From IMG/VR virus record IMGVR_UViG_3300023274_000003, positions 1-56,391 of that record: a DNA stretch of 56,391 bases; one strand, 5' to 3'. Shown here in pieces: positions 1-8,758 of this stretch; the stretch's first letter is position 1, and each line of letters opens with the position of its first letter. Origin of the DNA: a virus (Duplodnaviria; Caudoviricetes). Position numbers and translations under genes: made by a program. The notes under the pieces were generated by a model that saw nothing but the letters and a program-made list of their open reading frames with translations, was not told where the DNA came from and ran no database searches.

Positions 1-133
1 TTATGGCCCGTGCCAATAGTAAAGAAAGTTCTCTTTTCTTTACTAGCATCAGGATTAACTATTGCCCATATGCAAGGAGTATCGAATTGAGTTTGAAGGC
101 TTATTATATTAGCACCCTTCGGCATTTCAATTA
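1..133. repeat. Terminal direct repeat (assembly circularity overlap), copy 1
   Basis: 1-133 matches 56260-56391 except one extra T (GGCATTTCAA vs GGCATTCAA). Confidence 0.95.
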
Positions 134-179
134 CCTGTTCATCTGTTACTTCTAGTGGGAATTTCCAAATAGTTTGCAT
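1..179 (-). CDS. 5' part of a small phage protein that spans the circular join (MQTIWKFPLEVTDEQVIEMPKGA...)
   Basis: ATG at 179 overlaps the stop of 179..361 (TAATG) and reads in frame into the 56172..56384 ORF. Confidence 0.85.
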   Translation of the reverse strand, partial: MQTIWKFPLEVTDEQVIEMPKGANIISLQTQFDTPCIWAIVNPDASKEKRTFFTIGTGH

Positions 180-361
180 TATCGTATTTTATTAAGTGAT
201 TGAATTGCATCGTTTAAACTTTTGAGTGAATCATTGATTAGTTTAACTCTCTCGCTATTTTCTAATAGAAAAATATCAAATTCCATTTCTGCTTGGCATT
301 TATCTCTGCACTTTATAAGTGCATTAGAAATTGTTTCTAAGTTCTTAATTGTAGTTTTCAC
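179..361 (-). CDS. Hypothetical protein
   Basis: ORF in co-directional gene string, coupled to downstream gene. Confidence 0.55.
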   Translation of the reverse strand: MKTTIKNLETISNALIKCRDKCQAEMEFDIFLLENSERVKLINDSLKSLNDAIQSLNKIR

Positions 362-389
362 AGGTCTTTAGCTGTTTGTAGTTGAGAGG

Positions 390-650
390 TCATAGCTTTG
401 GTATTTCCATATAGTGGGTGATGCCAGAAATCAAACTTTCTCTTGCACTACAATACACTCCTCTATTGCTGCTTTCTAGCTTTCCTACTTGTGCCTGAAA
501 AGGGTTGAATGCTATTACATCATCTTCAGGCAAGTTATTCACATCAACCGGAACAACAATAGCATTAAATATGTCATCCGCTACACGTTCTGACTTTACG
601 AACCCGATACCTAGCTCAGCCATTAATATTTCTATTATTTTCTCTTTCAT
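390..650 (-). CDS. Hypothetical protein
   Basis: 86-aa ORF in gene string. Confidence 0.65.
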   Translation of the reverse strand: MKEKIIEILMAELGIGFVKSERVADDIFNAIVVPVDVNNLPEDDVIAFNPFQAQVGKLESSNRGVYCSARESLISGITHYMEIPKL

Positions 651-716
651 AGTGCTTTAAATTCGTTTACTTGTGAGACATTAGTTTATCGAAGTCGGTT
701 ATCCATTCTAAAAAAA

Positions 717-1325
717 TTAAGCATACCTCATAAAAGTTTTGTTTTTCCCATTTAATTGAGCAAACATACGTGTGGAAGTGATACCTATTGAGTCTGCCGC
801 CTCAGACAAGCTGAAGTAAAATATACCAGTAAATATATTTACAATTATTCTGGTTTTTCTCGTATTCCTATTCTGTTCGAGCCTTGTAGCCCATTTGCAA
901 TTACTAGGGCAGTAATCTCCATCATTATCAATTCTTTCTATAGAATGACGACATGAGGGCTTATGTCCCATATCTTTCAAAAACACAGAAAATTCATTCC
1001 ATTCTTTGCAAAACTTTATACCACGAGCCCCATAATACTTATAAGACTTTATATTTGGGTTTTGGCACCTTTGTTTCATCGACATCCAGGTGTTGTACTC
1101 TGTAGTATTTGACTCTCCGTGTATTACTTTTTTCTGAAACTTTCTTTGCAAACATCCACAACTCTTAACTTTGTTTGCCTTTAATACGCAACCGTAAGCA
1201 TCCGTTCGTCCACCACAGTCACAAACGCAAGACCATAGCGAGTTTTTATTTTTCATTCCAACGAATGAAATCACAGTAAGCATGTGGAACTTTTTGCCAA
1301 TCAGGTTTGATAGTCTTTTATTCAT
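717..1325 (-). CDS. HNH homing endonuclease (free-standing phage type)
   Basis: WxCxCDCG, SCGC, W..MKQRC.NP, YGARGI, SIERIDNDGDYCPSNCKWAT..EQ.RN motifs; likely start is MNKRLS at 1325. Confidence 0.85.
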   Translation of the reverse strand: MNKRLSNLIGKKFHMLTVISFVGMKNKNSLWSCVCDCGGRTDAYGCVLKANKVKSCGCLQRKFQKKVIHGESNTTEYNTWMSMKQRCQNPNIKSYKYYGARGIKFCKEWNEFSVFLKDMGHKPSCRHSIERIDNDGDYCPSNCKWATRLEQNRNTRKTRIIVNIFTGIFYFSLSEAADSIGITSTRMFAQLNGKNKTFMRYA

Positions 1326-1377
1326 ATGTTTAAGTATTTTAACAACCCCAAATCTTCCAGTTGTTTCTTTATCTCGT

Positions 1378-1773
1378 TCATAGGTAGGAGGGTTTGAAAC
1401 ACCATTTGAAAATTTCTTTATAAAAATCAGCCATATAGCCATTCACCATTTTGTGCCATTTCTTGGTTTTGTAGTGATAAATAATTATACCCAAATAACC
1501 TTTTTCGTCAACCGAAATTACTTCACACGAATAGTCTTTATCTGATAGTTTCGGCGGCAATACATCTTGCGTGAATGAACCTCTGTATTCGCCTAAGGTT
1601 TGGCAATCGGAAATTTTAACTGTTTCAATCTTGTTTTCGTTGTATCTAACAATAATTGATTCTCTATGTAAAACGTTGTTCCTAGGGAATAGACTTGAAA
1701 ACATTACTATTTGATTGTTGTATACCAAGTAGTTTATTCCATCTACTAATTCTTTTGCTTGTTCAATAGTCAT
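1378..1773 (-). CDS. Hypothetical protein
   Basis: 131-aa ORF. Confidence 0.65.
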   Translation of the reverse strand: MTIEQAKELVDGINYLVYNNQIVMFSSLFPRNNVLHRESIIVRYNENKIETVKISDCQTLGEYRGSFTQDVLPPKLSDKDYSCEVISVDEKGYLGIIIYHYKTKKWHKMVNGYMADFYKEIFKWCFKPSYL

Positions 1774-1789
1774 ATCTTTTCTTGTTTAT

Positions 1790-1894
1790 AAAATTAGCCG
1801 CCTTTCAGCATGGTTCTACAACATTGACCACTCTTATTATGTTTGTTGCCGCAAAACAGGGTACCCCCGCCTACGAATAAGCATGACTAATTTT
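1790..1894 (-). ncRNA. Candidate structured intergenic RNA
   Basis: 10-bp closing stem (AAAAUUAGUC/GGCUAAUUUU) enclosing UUCG- and GAAA-capped hairpins on the minus strand. Confidence 0.4.
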
Positions 1895-1901
1895 AATGAG
1901 G

Positions 1902-2297
1902 TTAATATTTCTTACCGTGCTTGTATGGCCTCAATTCATTATATTTCATTTTCATTTGAATATGCCATTGCAGGTCAATATTCATATATTGCGCAATGTC
2001 CATAATCCTTATCATTGCATCGGCCAGTTCATCCTGAATAGTATTCTTTACTGACACCTCAAACTCTTGTTGAAAATACTTTTCATCTTCGCTAGATACC
2101 TCTTCATTAATATCTAGTTCTTTCAAAAAATGATTACTTCGATATATCTTGTCTTTTCTGTCTGCCTCCATTGCTTCTGATAATTCAGAAACCGTTAGCA
2201 TAAGCATTTTAGGTAAATCAAGTCCTTGTTCCCAAAAACCTTTTGCTTTGGCGTTAGAATGTATTTCTTCGGATAACTCTGCTATTGTCTTTGTCAT
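1902..2297 (-). CDS. MazG-like nucleotide pyrophosphohydrolase
   Basis: ELSEAMEA...DELADAMIRIMD...KMKYNELRPYKHGK all-alpha NTP-PPase pattern. Confidence 0.8.
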   Translation of the reverse strand: MTKTIAELSEEIHSNAKAKGFWEQGLDLPKMLMLTVSELSEAMEADRKDKIYRSNHFLKELDINEEVSSEDEKYFQQEFEVSVKNTIQDELADAMIRIMDIAQYMNIDLQWHIQMKMKYNELRPYKHGKKY

Positions 2298-2311
2298 ATT
2301 GGTATAAAATG

Positions 2312-2400
2312 AAAAACCTCGCCTATCCGCTGTACGAGAGCATCAAGGCAAGGCTTTAATATTATTGGTTAAAAGATACTTATCTCGTACATAAGTCTTT
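2312..2400 (-). ncRNA. Kissing-loop two-hairpin RNA/leader, copy 1
   Basis: Hairpin loops GUACGAG (2384-2390) and CUCGUAC (2332-2338) are complementary; second hairpin ends in U-tract. Confidence 0.65.
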
Positions 2401-2699
2401 TTTCGGACGTTCAAATGATTACTTCATGTTAAAAATGATTTAGATGGAAAATAGATGTTTATCTAAATTGTACTTGAATAAACAAACTTAAAAACTATTT
2501 TTGAGACTTGCAAATAAAGTTGTCCACAGTACACTACTCTATTTTAGATAAAACCTGATTAGCCCATTGAACCCAATTCTTCATTTCTTTTATAGATTCT
2601 TTTGGAAATTCGTATTCATCACTATTGAGTAGTGCCATTAATGTTTCGTTTTGTTCAGATAAGGCTTTCTTTACTATAAATATTTCCTCTTCTGTAAAC

Positions 2700-2978
2700 T
2701 CAAACATTCTCTATTGATTTACAATGAGCAATATTTTTTAGCATAAAAGAAATTTCCTTCTCTAGTTCATCAAGTCTCAATGGAACAATATTTGCAATTC
2801 TGGTATCCGCATTCTCTGTCATTGGGTGAAAGTCAACCCGACACCAATAGGAGTAATTACCAAGAGAATCTAAGAAGTTTTTAACGAGCTTATCCCTTAC
2901 ATCATCTGATTCGGTTTGCTCAATCGTGATTACAGGCGAGGGAGAGCCTATCACGTCAATTGTGATTTTACTTTTCAT
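2700..2978 (-). CDS. Hypothetical protein
   Basis: 92-aa ORF downstream of TATTTTTG promoter box (3027-3034). Confidence 0.65.
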   Translation of the reverse strand: MKSKITIDVIGSPSPVITIEQTESDDVRDKLVKNFLDSLGNYSYWCRVDFHPMTENADTRIANIVPLRLDELEKEISFMLKNIAHCKSIENV

Positions 2979-3154
2979 TGTATTGTTGTTTTACCTAATT
3001 GCCTGAATTGGTCAACTGGCTTACAACAAAAATATGAATAAAAAATATACTTTCCTACCAAAACTTATCCACATACAATTTGCAAAACCCGACAAAATAA
3101 AAAAACCTCAAAGAAATATTCTAAGAGGTTTCTAAATCCATTGCGATGCCCTAA

Positions 3155-3547
3155 TTATATCAACCCTGATATGTTTTTCCAGTTCTCAATATCTGCATGA
3201 GTAACTTTGTCTTTGTTTATCTCTGAAATGTTTTTTGTGCGTTCTTCACTTAGTAGATAGTTTCCGAAACTTACCAATTCGTTTCGGTCTAATTCTATAC
3301 TTTCAGTTTCTGGTGTAATGTAAATATAGTGATAACCTGCGGGATTGTTTGAGATATGACTTACAGAACCTCTGTCTTGCATTGGGCCATGATCGGGAAT
3401 GATTTTTAGATTAACCGTTTTCTCTGACCATACCCTTGTGATAATTGCAGGAATATAACCCGTGTTGTGGTTGCTTTTCGCTACTTCGTCAGTAGGATTG
3501 GGCATAAATTGGACAATCTGCCCAACGTATGGATTGATTTTTAACAT
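3155..3547 (-). CDS. Hypothetical phage protein
   Basis: 130-aa ORF followed by terminator-like hairpin near 3100-3133. Confidence 0.7.
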   Translation of the reverse strand: MLKINPYVGQIVQFMPNPTDEVAKSNHNTGYIPAIITRVWSEKTVNLKIIPDHGPMQDRGSVSHISNNPAGYHYIYITPETESIELDRNELVSFGNYLLSEERTKNISEINKDKVTHADIENWKNISGLI

Positions 3548-3616
3548 AATCGTATAATTTTAAAGTTTTAAAAGATTGAAATTAATGAGTTTTGTTGTAA
3601 AATCCAAGCAAAACAA

Positions 3617-3624
3617 TATCTTTG
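3617..3624 (+). promoter_or_regulatory. Bacteroidota -7 promoter box TATCTTTG for membrane cassette
   Basis: TAnnTTTG consensus 18 nt before ATG 3643. Confidence 0.6.
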
Positions 3625-3642
3625 TAAAGAATTATCAAACCA

Positions 3643-3939
3643 ATGGCAAAGAAGAAAAGAGTAGACATGGCCGACGGATGGGATGCCCCTTGGTGGGTAT
3701 ACCTTTCTTTAAAGCAATCAAACATTGCGGTTGGTACTTTATTGGGCTTTGCTATTGGGCAGGGGTCTTTTTTTGGCGCAACAGGTGTATTAATACTTAC
3801 GCTACTTAGAGACCAGTTTCAAGGACTATTAAGAGAAAAAGCCAAGAATGATACGCCGCCTGATTCGACAACATTCAGAAGTACAGAGGTAGGCCCTAAG
3901 GGTACAACAGAATCAAGTGTGACAACAGGAAACGAATGA
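3643..3939 (+). CDS. Small membrane protein
   Basis: Gly-rich hydrophobic hairpin; ATGA overlap with next gene. Confidence 0.65.
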   Translation: MAKKKRVDMADGWDAPWWVYLSLKQSNIAVGTLLGFAIGQGSFFGATGVLILTLLRDQFQGLLREKAKNDTPPDSTTFRSTEVGPKGTTESSVTTGNE

Positions 3940-4448
3940 AGCAGCTATTTTATGGCATGATGGAGGACATGGCTGATTTCTTCGCAGAGATTAAGCTGAA
4001 TCTATTTTATGCCTCACTTAGCTATATTATAGGGGAATATCTGGTACATCTTAAAAATGCTATTACTACCTATATTTTTGACGATTTCGCATTTGGTGTA
4101 TTCTTTTGTATCATGTTGCTTTGCGATGCCTTCGCCTATGTAAACCGAATGAGGATAGACAACAAAGGGCTAAAAATGATACACATCAAAGACGGCGGAG
4201 AAAGGTTTTTTGACAACGTAATTAAGTTTGGTATAGGATTGATAGCGATTCATGGCCTAGCGAACTACACAGTGAACGGGGTTAAAAACGAATGGTTTAC
4301 TAATGTACCCAACTGGTTTTTTGCTTTCTGTATGCTAAAGGTAGCTACAAGTGTATTTAAGAACTTAGGCATAGACATTTCTAAATATCTGGACGTAGTA
4401 AGTGAAAAGTTCAAAGATTTCAAAGTAAAGCCGGACGATAAAGAGTAA
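3936..4448 (+). CDS. Holin-like multi-TM protein (resembles phage holin family 4)
   Basis: 3-4 TM segments, ..D....K......H.....S.FKNL.G spacing and charged C-terminus. Confidence 0.5.
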   Translation: MKQLFYGMMEDMADFFAEIKLNLFYASLSYIIGEYLVHLKNAITTYIFDDFAFGVFFCIMLLCDAFAYVNRMRIDNKGLKMIHIKDGGERFFDNVIKFGIGLIAIHGLANYTVNGVKNEWFTNVPNWFFAFCMLKVATSVFKNLGIDISKYLDVVSEKFKDFKVKPDDKE

Positions 4449-4465
4449 CTAAATTTTAAAGCAAT

Positions 4466-4630
4466 ATGAACAAGCACCTAATTGAAGAAAAGCTGAGGCA
4501 GATTGAGCAGCTTACTAAGGAAATCCGAGAGGAATTGAAAAAGGACAGCCCGCAAACATTAGACGGCGACGATGGCGGCGCACCGCATCCGCCTACCCCT
4601 CCGCCACCTCCTCCGCCACCAAGGGGATAA
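4466..4630 (+). CDS. 54-aa peptide with C-terminal poly-proline (not in ORF track)
   Basis: MNKHLIEEKLRQIEQLTKEIREELKKDSPQTLDGDDGGAPHPPTPPPPPPPPRG; TAATG overlap with next gene. Confidence 0.75.
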   Translation: MNKHLIEEKLRQIEQLTKEIREELKKDSPQTLDGDDGGAPHPPTPPPPPPPPRG

Positions 4631-4986
4631 TGAAGCATTATTTAGTGCTGGCGTTAGCTTTTGTCGTGTACATGGCTAACGCCTTATTTGTAGCTTTTTT
4701 CTATTACGATTTTGAATGGCTACGGTCTGCTACATGGCTGGCGGATCACCTTTGGCAAGTGATTTTACCTTTGTATATTGCCTTAGAGTCAAAGTACAGG
4801 ACAATAAAGGCACTGGCTTATTATTGGGCTATCTTTGCTTTCTTTAGGTTTCTTTATACACTTTTTACTTATACTTTGAAACTGCCGATAATCTCCGAAA
4901 GATATTCTTATTTATTTATTCATTGGGTATTTATTGTCTCACTTGTGTACGGATTTATAAGGCTAATCTGGAAACCTAAAGTATAG
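4630..4986 (+). CDS. Four-TM membrane protein
   Basis: Four hydrophobic, aromatic-rich segments. Confidence 0.75.
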   Translation: MKHYLVLALAFVVYMANALFVAFFYYDFEWLRSATWLADHLWQVILPLYIALESKYRTIKALAYYWAIFAFFRFLYTLFTYTLKLPIISERYSYLFIHWVFIVSLVYGFIRLIWKPKV

Positions 4987-5065
4987 GTATTTTTACGTGT
5001 TTTGTATCTTTAACTAGGAAATAACAATTAAAGTTAATACTTTCGGTTTTTAACTTTATGCTGTT

Positions 5066-5350
5066 GTGGGACGAGTAGCTATCAATGTCATTTTGCTGAA
5101 CATATTAAAAGGATTAGAGCATACATTGTTTGTTTTCCTGATTGGCTTTTATGACTTCCTGCAAGCGCAATTAGCGTTAAGCATATCAGAGAAGAAAGAA
5201 TTAATATTGTTCGCCTGTGGGCTTATCTGGGGCTTATTCAGGATTGGCAGGGAGTGGGTAAAGACTGACCAGCAGCGAATAGAAAGAGACATTAAAAAAG
5301 AAGAACATCGTAAGCTTAAACACGAAAACGATATTTTAGAAGGCAAATAG
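5066..5350 (+). CDS. Small membrane protein, possible holin/antiholin
   Basis: Hydrophobic N-half, highly charged C-tail. Confidence 0.5.
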   Translation: MGRVAINVILLNILKGLEHTLFVFLIGFYDFLQAQLALSISEKKELILFACGLIWGLFRIGREWVKTDQQRIERDIKKEEHRKLKHENDILEGK

Positions 5351-5372
5351 TTTTTCATAGGGTTGAGATAGT

Positions 5373-5408
5373 AAAAGCCGATATGTATTGTATCGGCTTT
5401 ATTTTTTT
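5373..5408. terminator. Bidirectional intrinsic terminator
   Basis: AAAGCCGATA-loop-TATCGGCTTT between convergent genes. Confidence 0.75.
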
Positions 5409-5589
5409 ATACTTGCTGCATTCCTTTTTCTAAAATCAAAGTGCCGCACAACAAAACCTCTCTTAATAGTCTATTGTAATAATCTTGTGGTATCGTTATT
5501 TGTCCGTCTGATTTTTGATAAGCCCTTTTTGAATACTCTGCTACAATCTTTAGCCTTTCATCAAATCTGATAATTTCTTCTTGTGTCAT
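5407..5589 (-). CDS. Hypothetical protein
   Basis: Last ORF of minus-strand string. Confidence 0.55.
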   Translation of the reverse strand: MTQEEIIRFDERLKIVAEYSKRAYQKSDGQITIPQDYYNRLLREVLLCGTLILEKGMQQV

Positions 5590-5628
5590 TTTGTTCTAAT
5601 ATGTTTTTAAATATAGTTGATTAATTAT

Positions 5629-5961
5629 TTAAGAGTCTGCCCATATTCTAGCATTTGGGTAAATTTCGCAAGCCTCTAAATATTCTTTACAAAAACGAAT
5701 CAAGTCTTTTCTTTTACCCCATCCGTTAGTAGCATTAAACTTGTCATATTTTTCAGCATTGGATTCAAGTTCTAAAATGCCTTTTCTTAAAGGTGAAATC
5801 AAATCTTTAGCCGTTACGCTTTTACTTAACGTCTCTGGCCTCCAGAGGACATGATACAATTCGGAAACAATAGCCATATCAATTAAATTGTTTGTAATGT
5901 TTCCAGAATAGAGGACTTCATCATCAAAATCTACTCTAAATAAAGTTACGTCTAAGCTCAT
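5629..5961 (-). CDS. Conserved phage hypothetical protein
   Basis: MSLDVTL...NIT.NL..MA....LY..LW.P....NGWG pattern familiar from phage proteins. Confidence 0.7.
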   Translation of the reverse strand: MSLDVTLFRVDFDDEVLYSGNITNNLIDMAIVSELYHVLWRPETLSKSVTAKDLISPLRKGILELESNAEKYDKFNATNGWGKRKDLIRFCKEYLEACEIYPNARIWADS

Positions 5962-5974
5962 ATTCGTAGTTTAA

Positions 5975-6238
5975 TTATTTGTCTAATATTTTGAGTAAAG
6001 CGAAGAAATCTTCTTTTGAAGACGGAATAATAAACACTTCTTCTGGCTTGCCTTTCATGGGGACTACTTTCAAACGGCTATAAAGTGCCGGAATGGAAAT
6101 ATATTTATTGCTATTTTGGGGGTTCAAGAAAGTTTCTCTTCTTGTATAGCTATTAAAGGAGAGAGGTAAATATCCTTTTTGGCTCATATACTCCTTAACC
6201 CATTCTTCGGCTTGCTCTTTTGTAGCATATTTGTTCAT
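5975..6238 (-). CDS. Hypothetical protein
   Basis: ATGA overlap with upstream gene. Confidence 0.6.
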   Translation of the reverse strand: MNKYATKEQAEEWVKEYMSQKGYLPLSFNSYTRRETFLNPQNSNKYISIPALYSRLKVVPMKGKPEEVFIIPSSKEDFFALLKILDK

Positions 6239-6618
6239 TGCGTTATCGTGTTTATGTCGATGGCTTGACCGCTGGGGATTAAGTTAAAGACGTCGAAGTG
6301 TTTTGAAATCAAATACACAACAACATCGTATGGAAATTTATTAACAGGTTTCTTTCTAATAAACCCATCTAAAATATCATATTGTGTTAAACTGTAAATC
6401 TCCTTACATTCTTCTACTGTCAAGTCTTTCATTGGTCGGAGAATAGGCTTTATAACTACGTATCCCACCATTTTATTAACTCCTAATGCACTATTGATAG
6501 TAATTGTGTCGTTACTAGGGTATTCGTCAATAGATAATTCCAAAATCTGTATAGGCTCTCCTTCATGTATAAGCCTCAACCCATAAGGCAAGTAAACTAC
6601 TAAGTTTTCTAGTTTCAT
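6235..6618 (-). CDS. Conserved Bacteroidota phage hypothetical protein
   Basis: YLPYGL...KPILRPM.DL...L...HFDVFNLI..G.AIDINT pattern. Confidence 0.7.
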   Translation of the reverse strand: MKLENLVVYLPYGLRLIHEGEPIQILELSIDEYPSNDTITINSALGVNKMVGYVVIKPILRPMKDLTVEECKEIYSLTQYDILDGFIRKKPVNKFPYDVVVYLISKHFDVFNLIPSGQAIDINTITQ

Positions 6619-6644
6619 GTTGTTAGTTGGTTAATCTGCTTGAA

Positions 6645-7133
6645 TTAAATACCTAACTTTTCTTTAATTTTCTTATCGGCTTTTGCATTGATACGGTCTT
6701 CGATATTTTTATCGGTCAGTTGGTATTCAATTTTATCCGCAGCAGAGTTGATAGCATCAATAACTACTTTCATTGTAGAATTAATTTTAGACTCTGCGTT
6801 GGCAATGATTTGCGGTTTGTCTGACAAAAGTTCTGTAACGGTGTCGTTAATTACCTTCTTTATGTCAGAAGATATTTCTTTTGCTATTAAATCTTTTACT
6901 TCGTTTCTCAACTCCCATGCTTCGTAATGTCTATTTTTAGGTTTAAAAACAAGGAGTTGCATTTCCTCTTTAATCTTTGCGTCTACTATTTCTCGTGTTG
7001 TCTGATTAATAGTAGCCCCAAGCCATTTTTTAGCAAATGCTGCCGCAACGCTTTGACGAACATCAAATTCTATTTGTGAATCTCCATTTAAAAGACGTTC
7101 TAATGCTGCTAAACTGTTGATTTGAATTTTCAT
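6645..7133 (-). CDS. Hypothetical helical/coiled-coil protein
   Basis: Likely start MKIQIN at 7133, directly after kissing-loop copy 2. Confidence 0.7.
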   Translation of the reverse strand: MKIQINSLAALERLLNGDSQIEFDVRQSVAAAFAKKWLGATINQTTREIVDAKIKEEMQLLVFKPKNRHYEAWELRNEVKDLIAKEISSDIKKVINDTVTELLSDKPQIIANAESKINSTMKVVIDAINSAADKIEYQLTDKNIEDRINAKADKKIKEKLGI

Positions 7134-7146
7134 AGTATTATTAAAT

Positions 7147-7255
7147 AAAGAAACCAGTCCCAAAAGATGCGAGGCTTTCGAAACTGGTTCTTTGGATTTT
7201 GTCGGTTAAGACAATTTCTTGTATCTGCTCGCATTCAGATATTAACACAAATATA
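7147..7255 (-). ncRNA. Kissing-loop two-hairpin RNA/leader, copy 2 with promoter
   Basis: TATATTTG (7248-7255); loops containing AUGCGAG (7228-7234) and CUCGCAU (7167-7173). Confidence 0.65.
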
Positions 7256-7423
7256 CTCTTAATTCTTAATATTCCAAACCTTCTTTACGAAAGAATTGAT
7301 AAATAGTGGCAGGGTTTCTATTTAATAATACAGCTATTCTATTGCCTGTATATCCTTGAAAATATAGCTTAATGATTAAAAGTTTTTCTTCCTTTATCAT
7401 TCTGTAAGGTTTACCTTCTCTGG

Positions 7424-7768
7424 TCATTTTTGCATAAGTTCTGGATTGTCATAAATATTACCAACAATCGTGCAAGAGTCGGACAAAACAGCTTCTTGCA
7501 TTAAGTAGATTGCGTTTTCAAATTCAATCTCTATTAACTCTTTCCCGTCGCTCCACTTATCCACAATGTCACCTTCATAAATACGGTTTTCGCCTTTATC
7601 TTTTAATCCGATATATTGACCTACCGTTTCTGGATATACTTCATATTTAACTCCAGCATTAAACGTGCTGACTATGTAATATATACCACCGATGGTAATA
7701 GTTAAGCTACCAATAGCCCAACTTTCGTTTTCCTTTCTTTTACCTCTGAATTTAATTTCTCTTTTCAT
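7424..7768 (-). CDS. YopX family protein
   Basis: REIKFRGKR...W..GSL...PETVGQYIGLKDK....IYEGDIV...IVGNIYDNPEL. Confidence 0.9.
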   Translation of the reverse strand: MKREIKFRGKRKENESWAIGSLTITIGGIYYIVSTFNAGVKYEVYPETVGQYIGLKDKGENRIYEGDIVDKWSDGKELIEIEFENAIYLMQEAVLSDSCTIVGNIYDNPELMQK

Positions 7769-8003
7769 CTTGTATTTGTTGTTTAACTGTGGCGATTGCT
7801 TCCTTTAAAATCTTAATTCTTGCGTCCTTACCAGTTGGAAGTTGTTTTGAAGCTATTTCAAAAAGAACTATCAACTCTTCTGTAAAATCTAATTCGTGAA
7901 CATAAAGGAAATAATGATAATAACCCTGACAGATAACTCCACACCATTTTTCATAATCCGCTAAAGCTTGTTCATAAATCTCTAACTCCTGTTCTTTTGT
8001 CAT
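7752..8003 (-). CDS. Hypothetical protein
   Basis: ORF in gene string. Confidence 0.55.
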   Translation of the reverse strand: MTKEQELEIYEQALADYEKWCGVICQGYYHYFLYVHELDFTEELIVLFEIASKQLPTGKDARIKILKEAIATVKQQIQDEKRN

Positions 8004-8177
8004 TGCTTTAATAGGTTTTGTAGGTTTTTAATAAATTGTCTCAAACATATTCTACGTTCATAGAGTTGTACTTCTCTTGTTGAGCCAATTTGTAATTTGG
8101 CTATTTCTACGCCTAGTATTTTTATTTCCTGTTCGTAACTGTTAATGAGTTCTTTTATTTTATTTTCTGTCATGATT

Positions 8178-8363
8178 TTAATACTCGCTTAATGAATCTA
8201 ATATATTAGAAAATCTGCCTTTATTCTTTATGTCGTTTTCTATCCTAATACAAGCAAGAAAATCATTTTCTTGCTTCGCCTTTTCAAGTTCTAAAGTCTG
8301 TTCTATGATTTCTTTTCTATAAATATGAATAAATACCTCTATCTGTTTTTTTATTTTTCTCAT
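8178..8363 (-). CDS. Hypothetical protein
   Basis: ORF in gene string. Confidence 0.5.
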   Translation of the reverse strand: MRKIKKQIEVFIHIYRKEIIEQTLELEKAKQENDFLACIRIENDIKNKGRFSNILDSLSEY

Positions 8364-8376
8364 GTTTTTAATTATG

Positions 8377-8580
8377 TTAATAGTGCTTGCTGAATTGAAT
8401 TGCTTCTAGGTTACTGCCTACGGTGTCAAATGGTATTCTACAAATAGAATTTACAATTTTAGTTCGTTCCTCCTCGAACTCTTTAAAGTCTGAAATTGTA
8501 CCATTATCGCCAGCATTGTAAATAATAGAGGCTAGATATATTCTAATTGCTCTAACACGTTGCCTTTTAGTTAATTTCAT
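8377..8580 (-). CDS. Hypothetical protein
   Basis: ORF in gene string. Confidence 0.55.
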   Translation of the reverse strand: MKLTKRQRVRAIRIYLASIIYNAGDNGTISDFKEFEEERTKIVNSICRIPFDTVGSNLEAIQFSKHY

Positions 8581-8758
8581 TGTATTGAGTCTTTAAATTG
8601 TTTTATTGAAAGTATAGTATCGAAATTCTTTTCTTTTGCTACAACGTAATTGCCGTGTTTGTTGCAAGCGGATCGTTTTGATTCAAATAATCCACGACTA
8701 TCTGAAATTCTTCTGAGCCATCATTAAAGACAGCCCAGCTATAAGGGAGTTTGTTCAT
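8577..8758 (-). pseudogene. Frameshifted paralog of the N-terminal half of 18491..18940
   Basis: MNKLPYSWAVFNDGSEEFQIVVDYLNQ then, in another frame, FDTILSIKQF; compare MNTLPKTFGVLNDGSQLFK...FDSIITLEQF. Confidence 0.6.

Noticed and set aside
4456-4638. Minus-strand poly-Gly ORF in the track
   Set aside because: It is the antisense shadow of the plus-strand poly-Pro ORF, which fits the operon and has a TAATG overlap
6620-6627. Complementarity of the 54913-54920 sRNA loop to the start region of 6235..6618
   Set aside because: An 8-nt AT-rich match is expected by chance in a genome this size
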